From Candidatus Borrarchaeum weybense (GTDB lineage Archaea; Asgardarchaeota; Sifarchaeia; Borrarchaeales; Borrarchaeaceae): 64,000 nucleotides of DNA. The stretch is taken from contig JAHQJS010000004.1 in the NCBI GenBank assembly GCA_019057385.1, forward strand, positions 1,201,068-1,265,067. Reading direction: 5' to 3'. Positions 1-10,370 of this stretch are shown here, one piece after another. Under the pieces are notes generated by a model that was given only the letters and a program-made list of their open reading frames with translations, searched no databases and was not told the DNA's origin. The translations under genes and the position numbers were made by a program. Each line of letters begins with the position of its first letter. The first letter of the stretch is position 1.

Positions 1-431
1 GGAGTCTGTACAAACCACGGTATAAGAGTCTGAGCATGATCAGCTCCCGAACCGCGACCTTGTATAATTGCTGTTCTAATCGTCAAAGGTACGGTTAACT
101 GTCCTCCAGTCATATAATGTAGTTTTGCCATATGATTTGTGATTTGGTTCATGGCACAGGGTAGAAAATCAGGATACATTATCTCTACAATCGGATTTAA
201 CCCGGTTATCGCTGCCCCAATACCTGCTCCTACAAATCCATCTTCACTAATTGGGGTATCACGGACCCTTTCTGGGCCAAATTCATCCAATAGTCCTTTT
301 GACACGCCATAAACGCCACCAAGAAATCCTACATCTTCACCCATAAGAATTACGGTCGTATCTCTCCTCATTTCTTCACGTATGGCTTCATTAAGTGCTT
401 CAGCCATATTAATTTCTCTTTGTGTATTCAT
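1..431 (-). CDS. 2-oxoacid/acetoin dehydrogenase E1 beta subunit (3' end outside window)
   Basis: Hand translation from ATG at 431: MNTQREINMAEALNEAIREEMRRDTTVILMGEDVG...GPERVRDTPISE; directly follows the E1 alpha gene. Confidence 0.9.
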   Translation of the reverse strand, partial: MNTQREINMAEALNEAIREEMRRDTTVILMGEDVGFLGGVYGVSKGLLDEFGPERVRDTPISEDGFVGAGIGAAITGLNPIVEIMYPDFLPCAMNQITNHMAKLHYMTGGQLTVPLTIRTAIIQGRGSGADHAQTLIPWFVQT

Positions 432-444
432 TTCCTTTCCCTCC

Positions 445-1419
445 CTAGAAAACGAATCTCTCTAATTCTTCTGGACCTGGAAATTCGCTGTCAATAGCAA
501 ATTTTTCCGCCTCAGCAACTTCCGCCTCAACGTCTTTCTCAATGTTAGTAAGTTGCTCTTCGCTCGCGATAGTACATTCAAGAAGATACTTTCTATGCCG
601 TGCTATTGGATCTCTTTTCTTCCATTCTTCAACTTCTTCTTTCGTTCTATATGCGGTTCCTGGATCACCATAATAATGACCGTGATGCCTGTAAGTTTTA
701 GCTTCTATTAATGTGGGTCCCTCACCCTTTCGTGCCCGCTCAACTGCAGTACGTGCAGTTTTGTATACTTCTATTACATCGTTTCCGTCTATAGCAAAGC
801 CTGGTATATTATAAGCTTTTGCTCGAACAGCTATGTCTTTTACAGATGTCGATCGATTAACGCTTACAGAAATCGCGTATAGATTATTTTCACAAACGAA
901 AACTACTGGAAGTTTCCATATTGACGCAAGATTGAGACTTTCGTGAAAGCCGCCTGTATTAGCTGCCCCATCTCCAAAGAAACTTGCAATAACTTGATTT
1001 GTTTTTCTCAATGTAGCTGATAGCCCAGCACCAACTGCTAATGGCGCACCAGCACCAACTATGGATGATGAATATAACATTCCTTCAGAGGGCCACGATA
1101 AATGCATTGTCCCTCCTCTACCTCTACAGCATCCTGTTACCTTGCCTAAGATTTCAGCAGCTGTCACATTCATTGGTGCGCCTTTCGCAATAGTATGTGC
1201 ATGTGCCCGATGAGTGCTTGTTACTAAATCTTCTTTTATTAGATTTGCGCACACACCAACTGCTACAGCTTCTTGACCAGTAGAAAGGTGTAGTGTTCCA
1301 GGACATAACCCTCTAGCATAGAATTCGCCCATCTTATCATCAAAAAGTCTCACTCTTACCATTTCTCGATATAATTCAACCAATTTTTCATTGCTTATGG
1401 CTTCTTCTAATTCTATCAC
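445..1419 (-). CDS. TPP-dependent 2-oxoacid/acetoin dehydrogenase E1 alpha subunit
   Basis: GQEAVAVG, GRGGTMH, FFGDGAAN...ENNLY TPP motif, TYRHHGH; start uncertain because the GTG lies inside the SD. Confidence 0.92.
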   Translation of the reverse strand: MIELEEAISNEKLVELYREMVRVRLFDDKMGEFYARGLCPGTLHLSTGQEAVAVGVCANLIKEDLVTSTHRAHAHTIAKGAPMNVTAAEILGKVTGCCRGRGGTMHLSWPSEGMLYSSSIVGAGAPLAVGAGLSATLRKTNQVIASFFGDGAANTGGFHESLNLASIWKLPVVFVCENNLYAISVSVNRSTSVKDIAVRAKAYNIPGFAIDGNDVIEVYKTARTAVERARKGEGPTLIEAKTYRHHGHYYGDPGTAYRTKEEVEEWKKRDPIARHRKYLLECTIASEEQLTNIEKDVEAEVAEAEKFAIDSEFPGPEELERFVF

Positions 1420-1543
1420 CCTCCGACAGAAGTTTAATATACACTAAAAAATGTAATGATATAATAGTATGTAAATGGTTTATAAGAATTGATATTTTGG
1501 ATAAAAAAATGTAACTTACATGAATCTCCGGGAGGGAATCTGC

Positions 1544-2074
1544 ATGAGCGTGAAAGAAGTTCCTTTTAAAGAGGCTTCTGGCGAACTCAGCAGTACAATC
1601 CGTTACCAAGCCGCCGCTGGTAAACTCGGTAAAGTAATTATTGGTCGACTATTACCAGGCACTGATGTTATTGAAGGAATAGAGAAAATATGCAAAGATT
1701 ATAGTATTAAATCAGCCTTTGTAAGCCTATCAATAGGAAGTTTGCAAAAAGCAACATTTATGTTGGCAATGGCGAAAGAGGGTACCAAGTTAGGAATCGT
1801 TTATACAGAACCTATTGAAGTACCAGGACCTATTGAGTTTCTCAGTGGTCTTGGAGTAGTTTGTGAAGGAGGAACAGAAGGAGAATTGGAAACTCATTTT
1901 CATGCGACATTTAGTAACGAGAAAAAAGAAGTCTACGGCGGTCACCTTGTAAAAGGTAAAAACCCAACTCTAGCTACAATTGATCTTTCAATAATTGAAG
2001 TCCTGGGTGTTAGATTAGGTAGAAAATTTGATGAGGAAACTGGGTTCGTCCTTATTTCTCCAGAATCAATATAA
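1544..2074 (+). CDS. PPC/DUF296 domain protein
   Basis: GRLLPGTDVIEGI, IGSL, HFHATFS...GGHL motifs; SD GGAGGGA precedes ATG 1544. Confidence 0.85.
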   Translation: MSVKEVPFKEASGELSSTIRYQAAAGKLGKVIIGRLLPGTDVIEGIEKICKDYSIKSAFVSLSIGSLQKATFMLAMAKEGTKLGIVYTEPIEVPGPIEFLSGLGVVCEGGTEGELETHFHATFSNEKKEVYGGHLVKGKNPTLATIDLSIIEVLGVRLGRKFDEETGFVLISPESI

Positions 2075-2105
2075 TGAAAATTATATCCGCTAGGTTGAAA
2101 AAGAA

Positions 2106-4400
2106 TTACAATAACCGAAGAAGTTCTTCCAGTATTAATAATGCGCCTTTTTTATCAAGAGGTTCATTGTTATTGCCACACTTAGGAGACATAATACATG
2201 CAGGACACCCATCCTCACATTCACAATCACTTATCATTTCATATGTAGTCTGCAAGAATCCTGTATCTAATAACTTATAGATTTTTTCAGCAATGCCAAT
2301 CCCAAATTCGTAACCGTCGTAAATGAAAATAGCAGCTTTCTTTTCATCTTCGTGATATGGACTAGAGACACCACCTATGTCCCATCTGTCGCATAACGCG
2401 TACATGGGTGCCATTGCAATCATGGCATGCTCACAAGCATGAATAGCCCCCTCAAAATCATACCCACTCTCGGCTACTTTCTGTTGAATCCATTCTGGAA
2501 GTGTGAAATAAACGGCAACTGTCTGAAACTTCAATGGAGGTAGATCAATAGGTCGCCTCCCGATTATGACATCATAACGCTTTATCACATAAGAATGATA
2601 GAATTCAGTGACTTCTACATCAGCAACTTTCAATTCGAAGCCTAAACTAATTTCCTTTTCTTCTGTGATTTTCAGTATTTGAATATCTGTTTCTTCTAAC
2701 GGATTTGTATGAAGTTCAACATCTTCTTTTCTAACCGACGCAATCATTTTTTCGAGATCAAGGTTCTCTACGACATAGGTTTCTCCCTGATGAAGTAAGA
2801 CTGCACCTTTATAGGCCTCTCTATAAGCCTTTGGTAAATCCATTGTTTCAAGCAATTTACCATTATAATGAACGTAAACCATCTTATTTGAGATATTGTT
2901 TATGTTAACTACCTCAGTAGCACGCATCTTACCTGAATAGACATATCCCCTCGGAGTCTGCGTGATCAATTTGTGACGTTGCAAAGCATCTAATGATTCT
3001 TCAAATTTCAAACCGAAATACTTGTCATCTTCTAATTTGGCAATTGGAAGTTCAGCGGAAGCGCACATTAAATGACCAAGCACAACATATGGATTTTTTA
3101 AATCAATTACAGCATGTTCTGGTGAACTTCCAAAAAATTTTTCTGGATGTTTCATAAAGTATTGATCAAGAGGGTTTGAAAACGGTACTAAAATTGCCAA
3201 TGAATCATCCATTCCTCTTCCTGACCGTCCGGCTTGTTGCCATGTTGAAATTATAGTTCCTGGATACCCAGAGATAATAACGGCATCAAGCGAACCAACG
3301 TCGATTCCAACTTCGAGAGCAGTTGTTGAAGTCACACCTAGTAATTCCTTATTTTTCAAGCGTTGCTCAATATCTCTTCTTTCCTCTGGAAGGTATCCTG
3401 CCCGATAAGGACTTATTCGATCTGCTAAGAACTCACTAGCTAGATCTTCAGATAGAGCCTCTCTTGTCCACCTTGCAATTAATTCAGCCATTTGACGGGA
3501 AATTGTAAAGCACAGAGTCTGGATACTGCTTTTAACACTTTCAGTAAGTAAAAACATAGTTTCTTGGTGAGTTGAGCGTCTTATGCATTTAGCCTCATCG
3601 CTATAGGGAGGATTCCAAAAAACAAAGAACTTTCTTCCTCGGGATGATCCGTCTTCTGAAATAACTACACATTTTTTCCCGGTAAGATTAAAAGCTTGTT
3701 CTTCAGGATTCGCTATAGTAGCGCTAGAGAGAATAAACTGTGGAGATGAGCCATAATAATCACATATCCGAAGAAGTCTTCGAAATAGGAAGGCGCAATT
3801 AGCACCGAAAACACCTCGATAAGTATGAGCCTCATCAATCACGATAAATTTCAATCCCTGAAAGAATTTCTTCCATTTTGAATGCCAAGGAAGATATTGA
3901 TGTATCGCATATGGATTGCTTAAGATCATCCTTGATTTTTGTCTAATATTGGGACGTGCATGGGATGGTGTATCACCATCGTAAACACTTGCTTTTGTTT
4001 CTATGCTAGTTTCACTTTCAAATTGTGATAAGATCATTAGTTGATCATTAGAAAGAGCTTTTGTTGGATACAAAAATAATGCTGTAGAATTGGCATTTTT
4101 CCAAAGTTCTTCAAAGATTGATAGAGTATATGCTAAGGTTTTTCCGCTAGCTGTTGGTGTCGTAATTATTATATTATTTCCTCTTCGAATTTCATTTATC
4201 GCTTCTGCTTGGTGAATGTAAAGTTGCATGCTTCTTTTGTTGAGAAAACTTTGAAGAGGCAAGCCGAGTGGAAAATCGAGTGATCCATACTTTGGTTCTT
4301 TTTTTGGAAGTGTTTCTGTATGTACAATTTGTCCTTCATAATCTGAGGTTTCCTTTAATCCTCTAAGAAATATCTCAATTGAACTCATCATAAATTTCAC
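2106..4400 (-). CDS. DEAD/DEAH helicase with C-terminal DUF1998 Zn domain (MrfA/YprA/Hrq1-like)
   Basis: TPTASGKT, DEAH, SAT, QQAGRSGR, C-terminal CECEDGCPACIMSPKC. Confidence 0.92.
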   Translation of the reverse strand: MKFMMSSIEIFLRGLKETSDYEGQIVHTETLPKKEPKYGSLDFPLGLPLQSFLNKRSMQLYIHQAEAINEIRRGNNIIITTPTASGKTLAYTLSIFEELWKNANSTALFLYPTKALSNDQLMILSQFESETSIETKASVYDGDTPSHARPNIRQKSRMILSNPYAIHQYLPWHSKWKKFFQGLKFIVIDEAHTYRGVFGANCAFLFRRLLRICDYYGSSPQFILSSATIANPEEQAFNLTGKKCVVISEDGSSRGRKFFVFWNPPYSDEAKCIRRSTHQETMFLLTESVKSSIQTLCFTISRQMAELIARWTREALSEDLASEFLADRISPYRAGYLPEERRDIEQRLKNKELLGVTSTTALEVGIDVGSLDAVIISGYPGTIISTWQQAGRSGRGMDDSLAILVPFSNPLDQYFMKHPEKFFGSSPEHAVIDLKNPYVVLGHLMCASAELPIAKLEDDKYFGLKFEESLDALQRHKLITQTPRGYVYSGKMRATEVVNINNISNKMVYVHYNGKLLETMDLPKAYREAYKGAVLLHQGETYVVENLDLEKMIASVRKEDVELHTNPLEETDIQILKITEEKEISLGFELKVADVEVTEFYHSYVIKRYDVIIGRRPIDLPPLKFQTVAVYFTLPEWIQQKVAESGYDFEGAIHACEHAMIAMAPMYALCDRWDIGGVSSPYHEDEKKAAIFIYDGYEFGIGIAEKIYKLLDTGFLQTTYEMISDCECEDGCPACIMSPKCGNNNEPLDKKGALLILEELLRLL

Positions 4401-4746
4401 AATAAATTGTTTGAAGAATAATTCTTGATTTCATAAAAAAGTCTATTGATTTAAGGAACTATTTTTTTCCACAATTGTTTTCTATTTACTGTTTATTGTT
4501 ATTAAATTAACCATGGCTATAATATAGGCGCATTAAGAATGTCTCAAATCATATAAGGACAAAATCGCTTAATTTTCTCATCTTTCCTTTTTTTCTTATC
4601 ATTTTTTACTTATTTTTGATATTAGGGTCGTTCTTAAGATACATTCTGTCCGCTAGTTCTGCGAAATACTGTCTGCATAAAATGTAAAAATGAGTATTAC
4701 GTGTTTCTCTTAAAGATTTGCAGCCCTTGACAAAATTTAAAAATTA

Positions 4747-7700
4747 TTGCCTAATTGGGTGAAAAACAAGTTGAACGATCACGATAAAACAAAAGAGCAA
4801 CTTATCGAAGAATTAATAGAAATGCGTCAAATTGCTGCTAATTTGAAGACACTTGAAAATATGTATAAACAAACTGAAGAAAAACTTCGAGATTCGGAAG
4901 AGAAATATCATATAATGGTCGAGAATGCCAATGAACCTATCTTTGTAGCACAGGATGGGATAATTAAATTCGCAAATCAGAAGGCTATTGAAGTATTTGG
5001 GTATCAATTAGATGAATTGACTTCAAGACCTTTTGTGGATTTTATTCATCCAGATGATCGAGAGATTGTTATTGAACGTCATATAAAAAGACTCAAAGGT
5101 GCTGAAATTCCCCATGTCTACCCTTTCAGAATTATAAACAAAAACGGAAATGAAATATGGGCCGAAATCAACGTAGTTCTTATCAAATGGGAGGAAAGAC
5201 CTGCTACTTTATTTTCAATAAGAGACATAACCGAACGTAAACATACAGAGGAATTATTGAAAAAATCGGAAGAAAAATACGCAACTATCGTAGAACAGGG
5301 AAACGACGGGATCGCTATTGCTCAGTATGGGATGGTAAAATTTGTAAACAAAAAGTTGCTTGAGCTTTTTGGCTATTCGTTAGAAGAAACACTTGAAAAA
5401 CCATTTCTTGATTTTATTGCTCCAGAATATCGAAAAATAGTTATGGAACAATATAAAAATAGGCTCGCTGGAGAGAATTTTCAAACTAGATACGAATTAG
5501 CAATCAATACAAAAGATGGTAGGAAGATACCCGTTGAAATAAATGCCAGTTTGATTGAATATGAGGGGAGAACCGCAGATTTAGCGATAATACGAGACAT
5601 TAGCGAGCGTAAGCGGTCAGAAAAATCACTAAGAGAATCTGAAGAGAAATGCCGTAAGTTGATCGAGCATTCCCTATATGGAGTATTAATTATACAAGAC
5701 CAGGGTATCGTATTCGCTAATCCAGCATTCGCTAAGATTCTTGGCTATACAATGGAGGAATTGTTAGCTTTTTCGCCAGAAGAAATGAGGATGCTTGTAC
5801 ATTCAGAGGATCGAGCACTCGTTGAAGTGAGGATACGAGATCGCTTTATGGGGGAATCGGTGCCTCAACGCTACTCTTTTCGTATGATCAGGAAGGATGG
5901 CTCAACAAGGTGGCTAGAATCATCTACAAATCTTATCAATTATCTTGGAAGACCTGCTGTACAGGGTATTTTGGTAGATATTACCGAACGCAAACAGGCA
6001 GAAGAATTACTTAGAGACTCCGAGGAAAAATTCAGGCAGCTTGCAGAGCAGTCACCAAACATGATTTTCATTAATAAGAAGAGTAGGATAGTATACGCCA
6101 ATAAGAAATGTGAAGAAGTTTTGGGCTATACACGGGAGGAATTCTATTCACCTGGTTTTGATTTCCTTTGTTTGATTGCCCCAGACTATAGAAACTTGAT
6201 ACTTTCAAGGTTACATACACATATGGATGGCGATGAGATCGCGCCCTATGACTATGCTCTTGTCACCAAAGATGGTAAGAGAATTGAGGCAATAATCACT
6301 AGCAAATTAATAGAATATGATGGAGAGAGGGCGATCCTTGGGATAGTAACTGACATCACTGATCGAAAACGGACTGAGAAAGCGCTGGAGCAGCGGGTGC
6401 GAGAACTGGATCTGCTGGATAAGGCGCGCTCATCCCTAGCTAAAGGTCTAGATCTACCGAAGGTCATCCGTACCGTTGTTGAGGGCATTGTCGAGACGTT
6501 CGGCTATACTCTGGTCAGCCTCTACTTGCGTAAAGGTGATATATTGATACTTCAACATCAGATGGGTTACCACAAAGAAATCTCCGAAATTCCGATAACA
6601 AAGGGGGTCTCTGGCCGCGTTGTTCGTACCGCAGAACCTGTGTTACTCGAAGATGTTCGCACCGATCCCGAGTTCCTAGGGGCTATTGAAAATATCGCCT
6701 CTGAGATCTGCGTTCCGTTGTTCGACCAAAATGAGGTAGTGGGCACTTTAAACGTTGAGAGCAAAGCGGGTAAACACCTCACGGAAGCTGACTTGCGCCT
6801 TATGACAGCTCTGGGCGAATACGTTAGTGTTGCCATCGGAAAAGCCAGACTTTACGATGCAGCGCAACGGGAAATCGCCGAGCGCAAGAAAATAGAGAGT
6901 CAGTTAATTGAATCAGAAAAAAAATATCGTATGTTAATTGATCAGTCGCTCCAAGGTATTACAATTTTACAGGACGGCTTTATTAAGTTCGCTAATCCAG
7001 CATTCGCAGAGATCAGCGGATATACGATTGAGGAACTACTGAATTTTTCACCCGAAGACGCGAGGGCACTTGTGCACTCAGAGGATCGGGAAATTGTGCA
7101 AGAATGGATAAGAGATCGATTTATGGGCAAGCCAAGTTCTTTGCGTTACGATTTTCGAATAACCAGAAAAGATGGGTCGGTGAGCTGGCTGGACGCATCT
7201 GTTACTCTTATTGAATATCAAGGAAAACTCGCTAATCAGGTCACCTTTTTAGATATTACAAAGCGTAAACATGCTGAAGAAGAAATGAGGAAATATACTG
7301 AAAACTTGGAAAAACTCGTTGAAGAGAGGACATCGGAACTCATGGAGTCAGAGGCCCGTTATCGGGGGTTATATGAGTCCTCCATAGATGGCATCGCCTT
7401 CACAAATATGGAGCAAAAGATAGTGGACTGTAATCAGGCCTTCGCGGATATGCTCGGATACACTAAGGAGAAACTGTATCAATTAAGCCTATGGGACATC
7501 ACGCCCAGTAAGTGGATTGATATGAACAAAAAAATCTTTTCTAAAGAAGTGTTTGCGAAGGGTTATTCCGATGAGTACGTAAAAGAATACATCAAGAAGA
7601 ACGGAACAATCGTCCTAATCTCTGCAAGGTCATGGGTCATCAAGGATAAGGAGGGCACACCCACCGGATCATGGGGCATCGTTCGTGATATCACAGAACG

Positions 7701-8427
7701 GAAGAAAGTTGAACAAATGCAGTCACAATTCATCAATGTAGCTGCACACGAACTTCGAACTCCATTAAGCGCATTAAAAGCCCACGTAGATCTCCTTAAG
7801 ATAAAAATTAGTCGAGGTTTTTGGTCACTCCCTGGAGAAGTAAATGAGAAGATAGACATTATAGCACGGAATGCAGGCAGACTTGCTCTTCTTATCAATA
7901 ATCTTCTTGATTTTACTCGCCTTGAAGCCGGCACGATAAGAATGAATATTGAATTAAGCTCACTTGAAAATTTGGCAATTGAAATTGTAAAAGAAGTCAA
8001 TCCATTAGCTAAAAAGCATAAGCATGAGATTAAAATCATAACTCTAAAGTCATTGCCGTTGATTTATTTAGATAAAGACAAGATAAATGTGGTTTTTAAT
8101 AACTTGCTTTCTAACGCGATCAAATATACGCCTAAAGGTGGTAAAATTAACGTCTTGCTAACGGAACTAGATAACAATATCCATATCATGGTGAAAGATA
8201 ACGGTATAGGTATCGCGGAAGAAGATCTTGAAAGTATCTTTCTACCTTTTCACGTAGCTGATGTGAATACTACTAACAGACTTCAAATACAACCTGAGTT
8301 CGAACGAACAGGATTAGGACTGGCTATAACGAAAGAATACGTTAAAATGCATGGCGGCTCAATATGGGTGGAAAGTCAAGTCGGAGAGGGAAGTACTTTC
8401 CATGTGATCCTTCCCAAGAGAAGATAG
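4747..8427 (+). CDS. Multi-sensor histidine kinase (4 PAS, GAF, 2 PAS, HisKA, HATPase)
   Basis: Repeated EEKY...DITERK PAS/PAC units, GAF (SEICVPL), AAHELRTPL, NLLSNAIKY, DNGIGI, GLGL. Confidence 0.93.
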   Translation: MPNWVKNKLNDHDKTKEQLIEELIEMRQIAANLKTLENMYKQTEEKLRDSEEKYHIMVENANEPIFVAQDGIIKFANQKAIEVFGYQLDELTSRPFVDFIHPDDREIVIERHIKRLKGAEIPHVYPFRIINKNGNEIWAEINVVLIKWEERPATLFSIRDITERKHTEELLKKSEEKYATIVEQGNDGIAIAQYGMVKFVNKKLLELFGYSLEETLEKPFLDFIAPEYRKIVMEQYKNRLAGENFQTRYELAINTKDGRKIPVEINASLIEYEGRTADLAIIRDISERKRSEKSLRESEEKCRKLIEHSLYGVLIIQDQGIVFANPAFAKILGYTMEELLAFSPEEMRMLVHSEDRALVEVRIRDRFMGESVPQRYSFRMIRKDGSTRWLESSTNLINYLGRPAVQGILVDITERKQAEELLRDSEEKFRQLAEQSPNMIFINKKSRIVYANKKCEEVLGYTREEFYSPGFDFLCLIAPDYRNLILSRLHTHMDGDEIAPYDYALVTKDGKRIEAIITSKLIEYDGERAILGIVTDITDRKRTEKALEQRVRELDLLDKARSSLAKGLDLPKVIRTVVEGIVETFGYTLVSLYLRKGDILILQHQMGYHKEISEIPITKGVSGRVVRTAEPVLLEDVRTDPEFLGAIENIASEICVPLFDQNEVVGTLNVESKAGKHLTEADLRLMTALGEYVSVAIGKARLYDAAQREIAERKKIESQLIESEKKYRMLIDQSLQGITILQDGFIKFANPAFAEISGYTIEELLNFSPEDARALVHSEDREIVQEWIRDRFMGKPSSLRYDFRITRKDGSVSWLDASVTLIEYQGKLANQVTFLDITKRKHAEEEMRKYTENLEKLVEERTSELMESEARYRGLYESSIDGIAFTNMEQKIVDCNQAFADMLGYTKEKLYQLSLWDITPSKWIDMNKKIFSKEVFAKGYSDEYVKEYIKKNGTIVLISARSWVIKDKEGTPTGSWGIVRDITERKKVEQMQSQFINVAAHELRTPLSALKAHVDLLKIKISRGFWSLPGEVNEKIDIIARNAGRLALLINNLLDFTRLEAGTIRMNIELSSLENLAIEIVKEVNPLAKKHKHEIKIITLKSLPLIYLDKDKINVVFNNLLSNAIKYTPKGGKINVLLTELDNNIHIMVKDNGIGIAEEDLESIFLPFHVADVNTTNRLQIQPEFERTGLGLAITKEYVKMHGGSIWVESQVGEGSTFHVILPKRR

Positions 8428-8560
8428 AATTAGGATGAAGTATTAAATTTATAATAAACATTGAATTGCGTGAAAGTGTCCTTTCATGCAATTATATCCA
8501 CATTAGTTTTTTTAACTGTTCAAACATCACTAAAATAGCGAGTCGTATGAGGCTTCTGAA

Positions 8561-9052
8561 GTGAACACATTAGTCATAGCAACATGCGTTAAAGAGAAAC
8601 GAAAGGGAAGTCATAAAGCTAAAGATCTCTATATTTCGGATCTATTCAAAAAGATGAGAAAATATGTTGAAACGTATAATTATGACTGGAGAATTATTTC
8701 TGCAAAACATGGATTGATTAATCCAGAAAAAGTGATTGATTCCTATGAGGATGAATCACTAGATCAATTTAAATTACTTCAAGGAAAACAAACTGAAAAC
8801 TTAAGGGCAAAAAAAGAAACATTGAGAAATATAATTGACGAACAGTTGAGACCAGTTCTAACAAACTATGAGCGAATAATTTTAATGTGCGGAAAGCAGT
8901 ACAGAGACGTTATATTACCATTACTTGAGGAAAAAGAGGTTATAAACTATTTTAAGGGAACAAAAGGAATAGGTGAAATTAAGCAAAAACTCAGTAGTGA
9001 TATCGCCAAGAAAAAACAGCTCCCTCTCGATGAATATCTCACCGCCGCATAA
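8561..9052 (+). CDS. DUF6884 (YaaA-related) family protein
   Basis: IATCVKEK...AKDLYISDLF...WRIISAKHGLI pattern. Confidence 0.75.
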   Translation: MNTLVIATCVKEKRKGSHKAKDLYISDLFKKMRKYVETYNYDWRIISAKHGLINPEKVIDSYEDESLDQFKLLQGKQTENLRAKKETLRNIIDEQLRPVLTNYERIILMCGKQYRDVILPLLEEKEVINYFKGTKGIGEIKQKLSSDIAKKKQLPLDEYLTAA

Positions 9053-9125
9053 GTTAAAAAGTTAAGAGGATAACAGTACACCATATTTTTCGTTTTTAAA
9101 AAATCTATGCGGAGTGGTGTTGTAA

Positions 9126-10343
9126 ATGAAATTCTATTTACCATTCTGGTGGCCTGATGGGATCAATACGCATTTTGACCCCTTCTTAGAAACCGTTCCG
9201 CATAAAGAAAAAGTTCGAATTTGGAATATCTATAATCCTCCACCCTTAGATGGTATCCTTGTTTCGAGAGTAAATGTAGAATCAAAACCTCCCGAAAATG
9301 ATGACATTCATACAGCTTTAGACTTCAAAGGATCCATAATGGGCGATTGTGGGGCGTTTTCCTATATCGACGAAGCAGAACCGCCCTACGATCCTATAGA
9401 CACTCTAGAATTTTATGAAAAATACGGATTTGATATTGGGGTGACCGTTGATCACCTCATTGTTCCTAAATACGATAATGAGAAAGAATATCGACAAGAA
9501 CTGACCATCAAAAACGCAAAAAAGATGTTTGATGTGTGGAAAAACAAAGAAACTAAATTAAAACTACTTGGTGTTGTCCAGGGATGGAATGCTAACTCTT
9601 ATGCAACTGCAGCTCTTGAACTCGCTGAATATGGTTTTGATTACATTGCACTAGGAGGTTTGGTACGCGAACCGACAGAAAACATAAAGAAAATCCTAGA
9701 GATGGTTCATGCCATACTTCAAACAAACTCTCAAGAAAAAGGCGTACAAACAAAAATTCATTTGTTTGGCATTGCACGAGAGTCACTTTTCGCTACGATG
9801 AAACATACAGGAATACACTCTTTCGATAGTGCAGGAAGTCTTCGAAATGCTTGGTTGAGCGCCAAAAAAAATTATTATTTGGATAATGTGCCCTATTGTG
9901 CCATTCGCATCCCCAGGCCAAAAGATCTACGAGGTAAAAAAAAGAAATTTGTAGAAGAGCACGAAATTTCGAAAGACCTTTTGGTTAAATTGGAAAAAAA
10001 AGCGTTGGCAAACATCCGAGCGTTTCAAAAGCAAGAAATTACTCTTGATGAAGTACTGACAGCATTAAAAGAATATACCTCTGTTTTCACCCCTCCTAAG
10101 CAAACAGATCAAATCATCAACGAGTATCAACGGACACTCAATGCTAGACCATGGGAGTTGTGTGACTGCTCACTTTGTAAAAAGATAGGGATTGACATAA
10201 TTTTCTTCAGAATGCACGAAAGGAATATGCGACGCGGGTTTCATAATGTCTACGACTTTTATAATCACTTCAAAAAGTGGGAACAAAACTATTTACCATC
10301 TAAGAAAAACGAAAAGGAAAACCAACAATTGAAGTTAGTTTAG
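9126..10343 (+). CDS. dpdA: DpdA-like 7-deazaguanine transglycosylase (TGT fold)
   Basis: DGILVS, GDCGAFSY, VTVDHLI, VQGW, IALGGL, HLFG, SFDS, RPWELCDCSLC...RRGFHN; the GDCGAF and RRGFHN variants resemble DpdA rather than tRNA TGT/ArcTGT. Confidence 0.78.
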   Translation: MKFYLPFWWPDGINTHFDPFLETVPHKEKVRIWNIYNPPPLDGILVSRVNVESKPPENDDIHTALDFKGSIMGDCGAFSYIDEAEPPYDPIDTLEFYEKYGFDIGVTVDHLIVPKYDNEKEYRQELTIKNAKKMFDVWKNKETKLKLLGVVQGWNANSYATAALELAEYGFDYIALGGLVREPTENIKKILEMVHAILQTNSQEKGVQTKIHLFGIARESLFATMKHTGIHSFDSAGSLRNAWLSAKKNYYLDNVPYCAIRIPRPKDLRGKKKKFVEEHEISKDLLVKLEKKALANIRAFQKQEITLDEVLTALKEYTSVFTPPKQTDQIINEYQRTLNARPWELCDCSLCKKIGIDIIFFRMHERNMRRGFHNVYDFYNHFKKWEQNYLPSKKNEKENQQLKLV

Positions 10344-10370
10344 ACTATTTGTAACAAGCACTAAATTCAA

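Noticed and set aside
2106-4400. DUF1998 helicase, and the PLD at 59289, as DpdJ/DpdK or DISARM components
   Set aside because: The helicase has the size and motifs of stand-alone MrfA/Hrq1-like enzymes and is separated from dpdA by a kinase; the PLD is secreted and about 50 kb away.
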